Under the pieces are notes generated by a model. It ran no database searches and was not told the DNA's origin. It saw only the letters and a program-made list of their open reading frames with translations. A DNA stretch of 48,358 bases, from assembly GCA_030141605.1 (NCBI GenBank), contig JAQGDQ010001304.1, positions 1 to 48,358 on the forward strand, in the 5' to 3' direction. This document shows positions 36,238-48,358 of this stretch, piece by piece (the stretch's first letter is position 1; each line of letters starts with the position of its first letter). This DNA is from Tubiluchus corallicola (lineage: Eukaryota > Animalia > Priapulida). A program made the position numbers and the translations under genes.

Positions 36238-38185
36238 TTCATAAATAAATTAAAGAATTTTCCGCACAATATAAGTGCATAATTCATAAATAAAAATAAG
36301 GAATTTTCCACACAATATAAGAGCATAATTCATAAATAAATTAAGGAATTTTCCACCCAATATAAGTGCATAATTCATAAATAAATTAAGAAATTTTCTG
36401 CACAATATAAGTGCATAATTCACAAATAAATTAAGGAATTTTCCACAAAATATAAGTGCATAATTCATAAATAAAAATAAGGAATTTTCCACACAATATA
36501 AGAGCATAATTCATAAATAAATTAAGGAATTTTCCACCCAATATAAGTGCATAATTCATAAATAAATTAAGAAATTTTCTGCACAATATAAGTGCATAAT
36601 TCACAAATAAATTAAGGAATTTTCCACAAAATATAAGTGCATAATTCATAAATAAAAATAAGGAATTTTCCACACAATATAAGAGCATAATTCATAAATA
36701 AATTAAGGAATTTTCCACCCAATATAAGTGCATAATTCATAAATAAATTAAGGAATTTTCTGCACAATATAAGTGCATAATTCACAAATAAATTAAGGAA
36801 TTTTCCACAAAATATAAGTGCATAATTCATAAATAAAAATAAGGAATTTTCCACACAATATAAGAGCATAATTCATAAATAAATTAAGGAATTTTCCACA
36901 AAATATAAGTGCATAATTCATAAATAAAAATAAGGAATTTTCCGCACAATATAAGTGCATAATTCATAAATAAAAATAAGGAATTTTCCACACAATATAA
37001 GAGCATAATTCATAAATAAATTAAGGAATTTTCCACCCAATATAAGTGCATAATTCATAAATAAATTAAGAAATTTTCTGCACAATATAAGTGCATAATT
37101 CACAAATAAATTAAGGAATTTTCCACAAAATATAAGTGCATAATTCATAAATAAAAATAAGGAATTTTCCACACAATATAAGAGCATAATTCATAAATAA
37201 ATTAAGGAATTTTCCACCCAATATAAGTGCATAATTCATAAATAAATTAAGGAATTTTCTGCACAATATAAGTGCATAATTCACAAATAAATTAAGGAAT
37301 TTTCCACAAAATATAAGTGCATAATTCATAAATAAAAATAAGGAATTTTCCACACAATATAAGAGCATAATTCATAAATAAATTAAGGAATTTTCCACAC
37401 AATATAAGTGCATAATTCATAAATAAATTAAGGAATTTTCTGCACAATATAAGTGCATAATTCACAAATAAATTAAGGAATTTTCCACAAAATATAAGTG
37501 CATAATTCATAAATAAAAATAAGGAATTTTCCACACAATATAAGAGCATAATTCATAAATAAATTAAGGAATTTTCCACACAATATAAGTGCATAATTCA
37601 TGAATAAATTAAGGAATTTTCTGCACAATATAAGTGCATAATTCATAAATAAATTAAGGAATTTTCCACACAATATAAGTGCATAATTCACAAATAAATT
37701 AAGGAATTTTCCACAAAATATAAGTGCATAATTCATAAATAAAAATAAGGAATTTTCCACACAATATAAGAGCATAATTCATAAATAAATTAAGGAATTT
37801 TCCACACAATATAAGTGCATAATTCATGAATAAATTAAGGAATTTTCTGCACAATATAAGTGCATAATTCATAAATAATTTAAGGAATTTTCCACACAAT
37901 ATAAGTGCATAATTCAAAAATAAATTAAGGAATTTTCCACACAATATAAGTGCATAATTCTTAAATAAATAAAGGAATTTTCCACACAATATAAGTGCAC
38001 AATTCATAAATAAATTAAGGAATTTTCCACACCATATAAGTGCATAATTTATAAATAAATTAAGGAATTTTCCACACAATATAAGTGCACAATTCTTAAA
38101 TAAATTAAGGAATTTTGAACACAATATAAGTGCATAATTCATAAATAAATTAAGGAATTTTCCACACAACATCATGTGCATAATT
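36238..38185. repeat. 45-bp AT-rich satellite, ~43 copies, with a 181-bp higher-order repeat
   Basis: Unit aattcataaataaattaaggaattttccacacaatataagtgcat; near-identical ORFs spaced 181 bp apart (36250/36431/36612; 37111/37292/37473). Confidence 0.97.
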
Positions 38186-38267
38186 GACTGCTAAAAGAGA
38201 AGCCAAGACGTCTATTTTTAAATAAAATTAAAATTATTTCCACTTTTATGAGTTTATCTATCATTAT

Positions 38268-38560
38268 CAGTGGCGGTTCATGTCTAGGTCTGTGTGGAAC
38301 TGCAGCACCCCCTATTTTCACTCATTATTATCGATAATATTCGATATAAAATGTCTTTTTTCTTTAGTTCTTTCTTTATACTTGCACAGAATCAGAGCAC
38401 GTGAGGGTAGTACTGTTTGCTTCACAGCCCAGCACAGTACGCTCCAGCAATGCGGCGTTTGGCTGTTGTGCGCATGTGGGCATGCGCACATGTCTGAGAT
38501 AACCCTCTGCACTTCAGGTAGAAAGCGTACTGTCCCTCATGCAGTGTGTGCGTTGTTAGT
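38268..38560 (+). mobile_element. hAT-like MITE (CAGTGGCGG family), 3'-truncated copy
   Basis: Starts cagtggcggttcatgt; colinear with 31817-32070. Confidence 0.7.
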
Positions 38561-38712
38561 TGTAACATGCTTAAAAACTTGACGCTTTTGCTAATTGTCA
38601 CTGTGTTCCTAATATTGATATCATGTTGTAGAAGTTGAATAAACTGATCTGAATAATCCAACATTCACGCTTTTGTCAACTGTCACTGTGGGCCTAATGT
38701 TGGCATTATGAT

Positions 38713-39149
<437 letters not shown>

Positions 39150-39151
<2 letters not shown>

Positions 39152-39914
39152 CCCAGGCACCTACACAATCAAAATACAGCCCAGGGACTTACAAAATCAA
39201 AATACAGCCCAGGGACCTACCAAATCAAAATACAGCCCAGGCACCTACACAATCAAAATACAGCCCAGGGACTTACACAATCAAAATACAGCCCAGGGAC
39301 CTACAAAATCAAAATTTAGCCCAGGGACCTACAAAATCAAAATACAACCCCGGGACCTACTAAGTCAAAATACAGCCCAGGGACTTACAAAATCAAAATA
39401 CAACCCAGGGACCTACAAAATCAAAATACAGCCCAGGGACCTACCAAATCAAAATACAGCCCAGGGACTTACAAAATGAAAATACAGCCCAGGGACCTAC
39501 CAAATCAAAATACAGCCCAGGCACTTACAAAATCAAAATACAGCCCAGGGACCTACAAAATCAAAATACAGCCCAGGCACCTACACAATCAAAATACAGC
39601 CCAGGGACCTACAAAATCAAAATACAGCCCAGGGACCTACAAAATCAAAATACAACCCAGGGACCTACAAAATCAAAATACAGCCCAGGAACCTACAAAA
39701 TCAAAATACAGTCCAGGGACCTACAAAATCAAAATACAGTCCAGGGACCTACAAAATCGAAATACAGCCCAGGAACCTACTAAATCAAAATAGAGCCCAG
39801 GGACCTACAAAATCAAAATACAGTCCAGGGACCTACAAAATCAAAATACAGCCCAGGAACCTACTAAATCAAAATAGAGCCCAGGGACCTACAAAATCAA
39901 AATACAGCCCAGGG
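39150..39914. repeat. 28-bp minisatellite, ~27 copies
   Basis: Unit cagcccagggacctacaaaatcaaaata. Confidence 0.97.
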
Positions 39915-40416
39915 GCCGGCAAAATCAGACGATGAATCCACCCCCACTCGCAGACTCTTCTCTCCACAAATCTGCATCCCTGAATTACTGCTTTTCTCAT
40001 GCAAAATGACAGCAGTAAAAATTTCCACGCCAGAATAATGAACAAACAAAGTAAATTACTTGTCGAACGTCTGGAAATGAAATTTATCAAGTCGGTCGGT
40101 CGAGCGAGGAAGTGGTTTCAATGCTTCCTCTCCACAGAAGCCAGAGTAACTAAATTTAAATGTTGCAATAATCTAGAAGCATTCGTTGAGAATGACTCGA
40201 CGTTGTGCAAGTGAAGATTTTACTCTCCAGTCTCCTCACATTAGGTAAGCAATCCATCTTTTCCTGGCCAAGCAGATAAAGCTTTTTTCAATTGTCTTAT
40301 TGATCGCGAGGAGGCTGAGCAATTTTATTATAATTTATGTGGCCGCTGCTTGAGCAGCTTTTGCTGTTTCAACAAATGGAGAAAATGATAATGTAAAAGA
40401 TGTGAGTGTGTACCCT

Positions 40417-41350
40417 ACTGTACTGTACTGTATTTTACTGTAGTGTGTTGTACTGTACTGTACTGTACTGTACTGTACTGTACTGTACTGTACTGTACTG
40501 TACTGTACTGTACTGTACTGTACTGTACTGTACTGTACTGTACTGTACTGTACTGTACTGTACTGTACTGTACTGTACTGTACTGTACTGTTCTGTACTC
40601 TACTGTACCATACTCTACTGTACCATTCTGTACTGTACTGTACTGCACTGTACTGTACTCTACTACACAGTACTGTGCTCTACTCTACTGTACTGCACTG
40701 TACTCTGCTGTACTGAACTGTATTGTGCTGTCCTGTGCTGTTCTGTGCTGTGCTGTGCTGTACTGTACCATACTCTACTGTACCATTCTGTACTGTACTG
40801 TACTGTACTGCACTGCACTGTACAGTACTCTACTCTACTCTACTCTGCACCATACTGTACTGTACTGTACTGTACTGTACTGCACTGCACTGCACTGCAC
40901 TGCACTGCACTGCACTGCACTGCACTGTACTGTACTGTACTGTACTGTACTGTACTGTACTGTACTGTACTGTACTGTACTGTACTGTACTGTACTGCAC
41001 TGCACTGCACTGTACTGAACTGTACTGCACTGTATTGTGCTGTGCTGTGCTGTGCTGTGCTGTGCTGCGCTGCGCTGCGCTGCACTGCACTGCACTGCAC
41101 CGTACCGTACTGTACTGTACCGTACCGTACAGTACAGTACTCTACTCTACTCTGCACCGTACTGTACTGTACTGTACTGTACTGAACTGTACTGCACTGC
41201 ACTGCACTGCACTGCTCTGCTCTGCATTGCACTGTGCTGCACTGCGCTGCACTGCACTGCACTGCACTGCATTGCACTGCACTGCACTGCACTGTACTGT
41301 GCCATGCCGTGCCATGCTGTGCCATACCGTACCATACCGTACCGTACTGT
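40417..41350. repeat. (tgtac/tgcac/tgtgc)n pentanucleotide satellite
   Basis: Seen directly. Confidence 0.97.
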
Positions 41351-42239
41351 TCGACCTGCAGTTTAAGATTGGGTCCAGTTTTGCTTTAAACTGCCAAGCC
41401 AATTAACAAAAAATAATTATTTTTAAAAAGAAAACACTCGCAGGAAAAATGCACTAGAAATTCAGCTTTGATCTATAATAAAAAAATCAAGTCTATTAGT
41501 ACAAATGTTACTTAATCTCGTGATAGCCTAGAGGTTCTGGGTTCGAATCTCGCTCATGTCAGAGTTTTCGAGCCACCAGTCGAATAGAACACTATCAAAC
41601 CTTAAAGCACAAGAAAACCCTCCACTTACGTACTGCCTTTTTGCATACAGGACTTAAGTCGGCAGTAACGCTCTACAAGACATGTAACTTTAAACTCCCG
41701 CGATGACCGTTAGGCGCAGCCATTTTGACGATAAGTCGTTTGAAACAAGTTTAGATAACACTGAGTAAAGTTCGAAAAAATAATCAGAGCATTCGTAGCG
41801 TACATGTTACTAACTGAGTAAAATTTTAAATGACTGTATCTTGTCAATAAGATTAAAAATTTGGTTAGTGAGTGGTGCACCCTGGAGGGTGAGTCAGCGA
41901 CATTTTACCAATTGGTGAAAACATTTTAAATAATTAATAATTTTCTTTTCTAGTTACATAAGTCTTTCAAGCAGGTAACCAAAATGCTAAGTAATATAAC
42001 TTTGCATGGAAAGTTTTTTGGGACATAATTTAACATTTCCTTTTCTTGTCCTGATTTACATTGTGCACGTATGACGTCATGTAATGACGCTGTCACAACA
42101 TTATGCGGGAGATTTAAAATGGAGACAAACGAAAATTCCTTTCAACGCGAGTACGATATACGTGTAAAATTGCTATAAAGTAATATGATTTTTTAAGGCG
42201 ATTTTTCTAAAACCTACTTCAGGTGCCCCTTTTCTTGTC

Positions 42240-42700
42240 CTTTAAATACAGGATAGGTATAACAGATTCAATCTGGGTGTTTGCAGTTTGGGCAGTCAAA
42301 CCCACAGAACATTTAATTTTTCATTGTCCGTTAGCATTGGTTAGACAAGATATGAGAGTGAATCTCGAACGCAGCTTAGAAAATAATGACATTCGAACCA
42401 TTTACAGAAAGAGAGACACTAATGTAATTAAAATGTATATAGATATTGTAAAAGAACTATCCCAAAATGATCTTATAGTAAATTGATTATACAACTATAC
42501 TGTTTATATACGAATGACATTAACTTAAGATTATTTATGTATGTATAAGGTACAATATATACTACTTGTGCACATGTATAAACATTATATATATATATAT
42601 ATATATATACGCCTCTTTCTTATCATTTGTATATATCTGGTCATATTATTAGGGAAAGGAGAAGGCACCTCTCCTAGACACCTATCCTCTTTGTGCCAAC
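42240..42700 (+). mobile_element. degenerate non-LTR retrotransposon 3' fragment (CCHC-type C-terminus)
   Basis: KYRIGITDS...(C..)...TEHLIFHCPLALVRQ resembles the RIG..DS..C..C...EH..F.CP...R C-terminal zinc motif of LINE ORF2. It is frameshifted and followed by an AT-rich UTR-like stretch. Confidence 0.45.
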
Positions 42701-42790
42701 ACTTGATAGGTACCGTAATCATCTATTGCTTTGCTTCATCAGGGACGCGTGACCATTCATCTTACTTAATTCAACTCGTGTTTTTTGCAG

Positions 42791-42900
42791 GTGATAATTC
42801 GCTATTTTGAACCAACTGTATCTAACTGTCTACTAGAACCGTGGTTTCGGGAATTGGGCTTTGCAATTGTCTATGGTGCTATTGTCGTCAAATTGTACAG
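42791..42900 (+). CDS. GPR158: GPR158/GPR179-like GPCR, internal exon D (ECL1 + TM3)
   Basis: ttttttgcAG (42789-90), donor GTaaaa (42901), 110 nt. Reads VIIRYFEPTVSNCLLEPWFRELGFAIVYGAIVVKLY(R), with the family YFEP, conserved Cys, LGFAxVYG and KLxR motifs. Ends in phase 2. Confidence 0.93.
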
Positions 42901-43208
42901 GTAAAAATAGTTATGACGTCATCTCAAAGCTTCTTCGTTTAAACCACAAATCTTTTATTTGTTGTAACTGCATGTAAATTTTTTGTAATTTTAGTTGTAT
43001 TTTATATTTTATGTTTATTTATATTTTGTAACGTTTTACTACACTCGTCGTGGATACAAAGAAGCCTAAGGTTTCATTCTAGCTATCGAGTCTAAATGAA
43101 GAACTTACCTTGTCTTATCTTAGCTATATTAATTATTAATTATGAGTTATATTAATATATTAATTAAATTGGTAATGTCAGTCGTTTTCGTGCTATTATC
43201 TCATCAAT

Positions 43209-43495
43209 TTGGGAGCCGCCATATTGATTATTGGGAGCCGCCATATTGGTTATTGGGAGGCGCCATATTGATTATTGGGAGCCGCCATATTGATTATTTG
43301 GAGCCGCCATATTGATTATTTGGAGGCGCCATATTGATTATTGGGAGGCGCCATATTGATTATTTGCAGCCGTCATATTGATCATTGGGAGTCGCCATAT
43401 TGATTATTGGGAGCCGCCATATTGATTATTGGGAGTCGCCATATTGATTATTGGGAGCCGCCATATTGATTATTGAGAGCCGCCATATTGATTAT
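43209..43495. repeat. 22-bp minisatellite, ~13 copies
   Basis: Unit ttgggagccgccatattgatta. Confidence 0.96.
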
Positions 43496-43923
43496 GATTT
43501 GCTATGAAGATTGTTCATTTCAGTGGTACGTGTGGTACAAACTGTGTAAATTTGAAATCCTTGATGCATGTGCAAAACTAAAAATTCTTCTGAGCGTTGG
43601 TATCGTAATGAACACCCCCCCCCCTTCATGCTAAATGTAAGTTTGTGTTGAAGCCAAGTTATGCGTCAGTCCTGTGTTGTAAAAGTGGTCATCTCTGCTC
43701 TTTTACTGGTCCAGTTAGATTAATCCACGACCGTGTAAACTCTTTTTTTGAATCTACTTCATGTATTAAGGGTGTAAAGGTATCGTTTTTCTTACACATC
43801 ATTCTGTTGTTTCTTGGATGGAAGAGTTATAGACTGCTTGGCTTCCTCATCTGCTGGTACCGAACCAGCCTGGGTTGTTTTAGCTCTTGTCGGCGAGGTA
43901 CCGCCTGAAGTTCAGCATTTTAC

Positions 43924-44395
43924 TTAAAAGAAAACCGGATGATTGTGTAAACACGAGTTCAGAACAAAGAATGCTCTAAAATATTGAAAACTACAATAGC
44001 TTTTTTAAAATCAAACCTTAGATTAAATAATAATTACTTCGAATACTCAAATTTTGTCAAACTTTCAAAGCTACGCGCGGCTCAGTGAATCTACTAAGAT
44101 TGGCAACGGCGCCTTTTTGTCACGTGGCCGATAAATAGAAGGCGGTACCGTGATAAGCATGATCATGAACTGCAGTGTTAGTTTCTGATGTCATATGATG
44201 TAGAGCGCATTTTTTGTGATATCATGTGTTTAAGCAGTACTGTAACACTTACGCAAACGTGCTTGACGCGCAAGGGAAGACGCCTGCCATTGCACAAACT
44301 GTGGTTAGTTTCTGACGTGACCTAAGCTAATTATTCAAATATAAGGAACAATTGTTAACTTTTATACGCAAGAAAACGTATATTTTGGACAGTAA
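43924..44395 (+). mobile_element. Kolobok/T2-type MITE family K2, right end missing
   Basis: TTAAaagaaaaccggatgattgtg...; colinear with 3673-4228 up to ttttggacagtaaa. Confidence 0.85.
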
Positions 44396-44888
44396 ACGCC
44401 CCCAGTAACAACTGGAAAATTAATCCTCTTCCCTTATTGCCTGTGCACTAGTACTTGTAAGCCCAATCTAAAGCACTAACTGCCATTGATTGCAGACATA
44501 ATAAACCAACGCTGAAGTCTATAATCACAACTAGCAAATCACGCATGCGCAATGCAGAACACACAAACTTTCTTTCCACAATCAATCACAACCATTGTAC
44601 ACATTCTCCTCGCCCCATGTTTATTTATCAACCTAAAAACTTAATCAGAACGTAGACTAGGAAGTCAACATCGATTTCCGATGATGGAAATGGCGCACCG
44701 TCCACGACACGTTGCTGTTTTCCATACAGTAATGGGACGGTGGAAAATCTTTCTCGAGGAAAATTGTTTAATTCTGATATAGATATGGAAGCTCTTTGCA
44801 GGGGGAGCCACTGAAGCATGTTCGAGATTTTCCGTGATTCATTTTCCTCTTACATCGAATGTGGCTCCCTCTCAAAACATCTATATCA

Positions 44889-46188
44889 AGTTGTTATTAT
44901 TCGGAAAGGATGAATTTAACTATGTTGCTAACCGTAAAATATTTCAATGCATACATGACTTTATATTACGTACTAAACGCTTCCAGTAGTTTCTATCTGA
45001 TATGAAATGCATCAGTCTTAAATAATCGTACATTAATATTTACTAACCGTCATTTTCTACTAATGTCTAATGTAATCTTGTAGTAAAACTTGTCAGCTTG
45101 TGTAGTTATAGTCTATTCTTACTGTAAATGTTACTAATGTCTAATGTAATCTTGTAGTAAAACTTGTCAGCTTGTGTAGTTATAGTCTATTCTTACTGTA
45201 AATGTTACTAATGTCTAATGTAATCTTGTAGTAAAACTTGTCAGCTTGTGTAGTTATAGTCTATTCTTACTGTAAATGTTACTAATGTCTAATGTAATCT
45301 TGTAGTAAAACTTGTCAGCTTGTGTAGTTATAGTCTATTCTTACTGTAAATGTTACTAATGTCTAATGTAATCTTGTAGTAAAACTTGTCAGCTTGTGTA
45401 GTTATTGTCAATTCTTACCGTAAATGTTACTAATGTCTAATGTAATCTTGTAGTAAAACTTTTCAGCTTGTGTAGTTATTGTCAATTCTTACCGTAAATG
45501 TTACTAATGTCTAATGTAATCTTGTAGTAAAACTTGTCAGCTTGTGTAGTTATTGTGTATTCTTACCGTAAATGTTACTAATGTCTAATGTAATCTTGTA
45601 GTAAAACTTGTCAGCTTGTGTAGTTATAGTCTATTCTTACTGTAAATGTTACTAATGTCTAATGTAATCTTGTAGTAAAACTTGTCAGCTTGTGTAGTTA
45701 TAGTCTATTCTTACCGTAAATGTTACTAATGTCTAATGTAATCTTGTAGTAAAACTTGTCAGCTTGTGTAGTTATAGTCTATTCTTACCGTAAATGTTAC
45801 TAATGTCTAATGTAATCTTGTAGTAAAACTTGTCAGCTTGTGTAGTTATAGTCTATTCTTACTGTAACTGTTACTAATGTCTAACGTAATCTTGTAGTAA
45901 AACTTGTCAGCTTGTGTAGTTATAGTCTATTCTTACTGTAAATGTTACTAATGTCTAAAGTAATCTTGTAGTAAAACTTGTCAGCTTGTGTAGTTATAGT
46001 CTATTCTTACTGTAAATGTTACTAATGTCTAATGTAATCTTGTAGTAAAACTTGTCAGCTTGTGTAGTTATAGTCTATTCTTACTGTAAATGTTTTTGTA
46101 AATAGTGTGTAAAGTCTGTTGTGGTGAGGATCCTAAATCATGTTGTTCAAACTGTCTGATCCAATCCTATAATAAATTATGTTTAAAC

Positions 46189-46264
<76 letters not shown>

Positions 46265-46363
46265 TGTGTGTGTGTGTGTATAGACTGTTGTGGTGAGGAT
46301 CCAAATCATGTTGTTCAAACTGTCTGATCCAATCCTAAATAAATTACGTTTAAACTAACTAAA
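44889..46363 (+). mobile_element. CR1-group LINE 3' end with an expanded 74-bp UTR array and a duplicated terminus
   Basis: Reads LLLFGKDEFNYVANRKIFQCIHDFILRTKRFQ*. Then 14 x 74-bp units (45059-46094), a terminal segment to 46189, (ga)n(gt)n, and a second terminal segment at 46282-46363. Same family as 11058-12086. Confidence 0.85.
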
Positions 46364-46957
46364 CATCTATTACAATAGTAATGTTTTCATATTCTAGTGT
46401 TCTATTCACATCAACAAATTCAGTCGGTTTGAATTAGCTTGTTCACGCTAGTTCTCGAAGATAGCCCCAAATATCATGTTCACTGCGTTCAGTAGTGGGA
46501 ATTTCCAATATTAGTAGTTTCATATCATAGAATTTTAATCATATTCGCAGAAGATAATGCCTTAGCTTTCGAAATAGGTTACTACTGCACACTGGCAATA
46601 GTATTATAATTGCTATTATTTACCCACATACACTTGTCAGTTGTTGCTTTTTGTGAAATGGAACGAATTATTGCATAATTAGCATCTAAAATTTATCTAA
46701 CTCTTAATTTACTACCCCTGTATATATATATATATATATATATATGTTTGATCTTGTAATTTTTCATTTCATTGTATTTTATTTCCTTTTAGTACTGTAT
46801 TTGTATTTTACATGGTCTTAGTTACCGAAATAAAAACTTGAATTGAATTGAGAGTTGAATTTGCTGGCCTGTTTTGAGAGCACGGTCTGTTTGAAAATTA
46901 AATAAACCATACTGAATAAAACTGTTTTCAATCTCTCTGTTCTGCATCTGGGTAACT

Positions 46958-47778
<821 letters not shown>

Positions 47779-47891
47779 GCTTATGCTGAAATAAACACCA
47801 ATCAATTAAATTAATTAAACTAAATGATGTAAAAAACTATTTTCTCTGTCCTCCTCAACCGTCTCCTCATTTTACATCGTTGTTGTTTCAG

Positions 47892-48124
47892 AGTTCTGGC
47901 TGAATTCCAGTCGAGGAAGGCGCGCCGTGTCCACATTCGCGACAAGGATGTCCTCAAGTACCTGTGTGGCATTGTTCTCGTGACAATCGGGTACATGTCT
48001 GCCTGGACAGCGGTCAACATGGACCACCTCAGGGACGGAATCAGTATCATACAGACGGGAAAAACGTTGGATTTGAAATACAGCATCTGTCGTCTGCACT
48101 GGTGGGATTACGTCATAGAAATAG
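47892..48124 (+). CDS. GPR158: GPR158/GPR179-like GPCR, internal exon E (ICL2, TM4, ECL2, start of TM5)
   Basis: tttcAG (47890-91); the first base completes AG|A = Arg from exon D. Reads VLAEFQSRKARRVHIRDKDVLKYLCGIVLVTIGYMSAWTAVNMDHLRDGISIIQTGKTLDLKYSICRLHWWDYVIEI(G). Donor GT at 48125 (weaker GTagcc, phase 1). Confidence 0.9.
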
Positions 48125-48152
48125 GTAGCCCATTGTTTTCTTTACTGGCTTG

Positions 48153-48260
48153 TACAGGGTGTTTCAAAAAGGTTCTTCTTCGTTTTCAAAAAGATCATTA
48201 GAAGTTACGAGCAATTAGAAGAGGAAGCATTCAATTTAAACATTGTTTATTTGGTTTAGA
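48153..48260 (+). mobile_element. possible Tc1/mariner-type MITE left end
   Basis: TA-CAGGGTGTTTCAAAAA terminal motif 28 bp after the exon E donor; other end not in the window, so the extent is uncertain. Confidence 0.45.
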
Positions 48261-48358
48261 TTAGACAGTTTTTAAAACTTATATGAGTCCTCACCACACT
48301 ACTACATGTACAAAGCAGAAATACAAAAAAATGCAGTATTGTAAATACAAATAACACA

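Noticed and set aside
36250-38181. Repeated 85-aa hydrophobic ORFs that look like a tandem gene family
   Set aside because: Products of the 45/181-bp satellite; no gene structure.
40406-41406. Cys-rich CTVLY ORFs
   Set aside because: Pentanucleotide satellite open on both strands.
41521-41570. B-box (gggttcgaatc) suggesting a tRNA
   Set aside because: No A-box or cloverleaf; at most a decayed SINE head.
42715-42750. Minus-strand ctgatga as a hammerhead core
   Set aside because: No GAAA box after a credible stem II.

Overview
AT-rich, repeat-dense animal (probably invertebrate) genomic DNA. The only supportable host gene is a + strand class C orphan GPCR of the GPR158/GPR179 family. Five GT-AG internal exons (28020-28128, 29851-30189, 33471-33539, 42791-42900, 47892-48124) splice in frame and encode the end of the extracellular domain, the Cys-rich/EGF-like stalk and TM1-TM4/ECL2. 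The start and end of the gene lie outside the window. The rest is mostly repeats: TTAA-flanked Kolobok/T2-type and piggyBac-type MITEs, hAT-like and Tc1/pogo-like ends, 5'-truncated LINE 3' ends (CR1/L2 group, RTE), about 15 minisatellite arrays and many microsatellites. Most ORFs in the supplied track are repeat artefacts. Most notable are: a 5S-rRNA-headed element with an RTE-type 3' end repeated four times (candidate bipartite SINE3); a ~1 kb head-to-head CR1 fold-back palindrome; a six-copy degenerate hammerhead-ribozyme-like repeat just upstream of a GPCR exon; and several satellites that are tandem amplifications of transposon termini. All family assignments come from motif recognition, not database searches.
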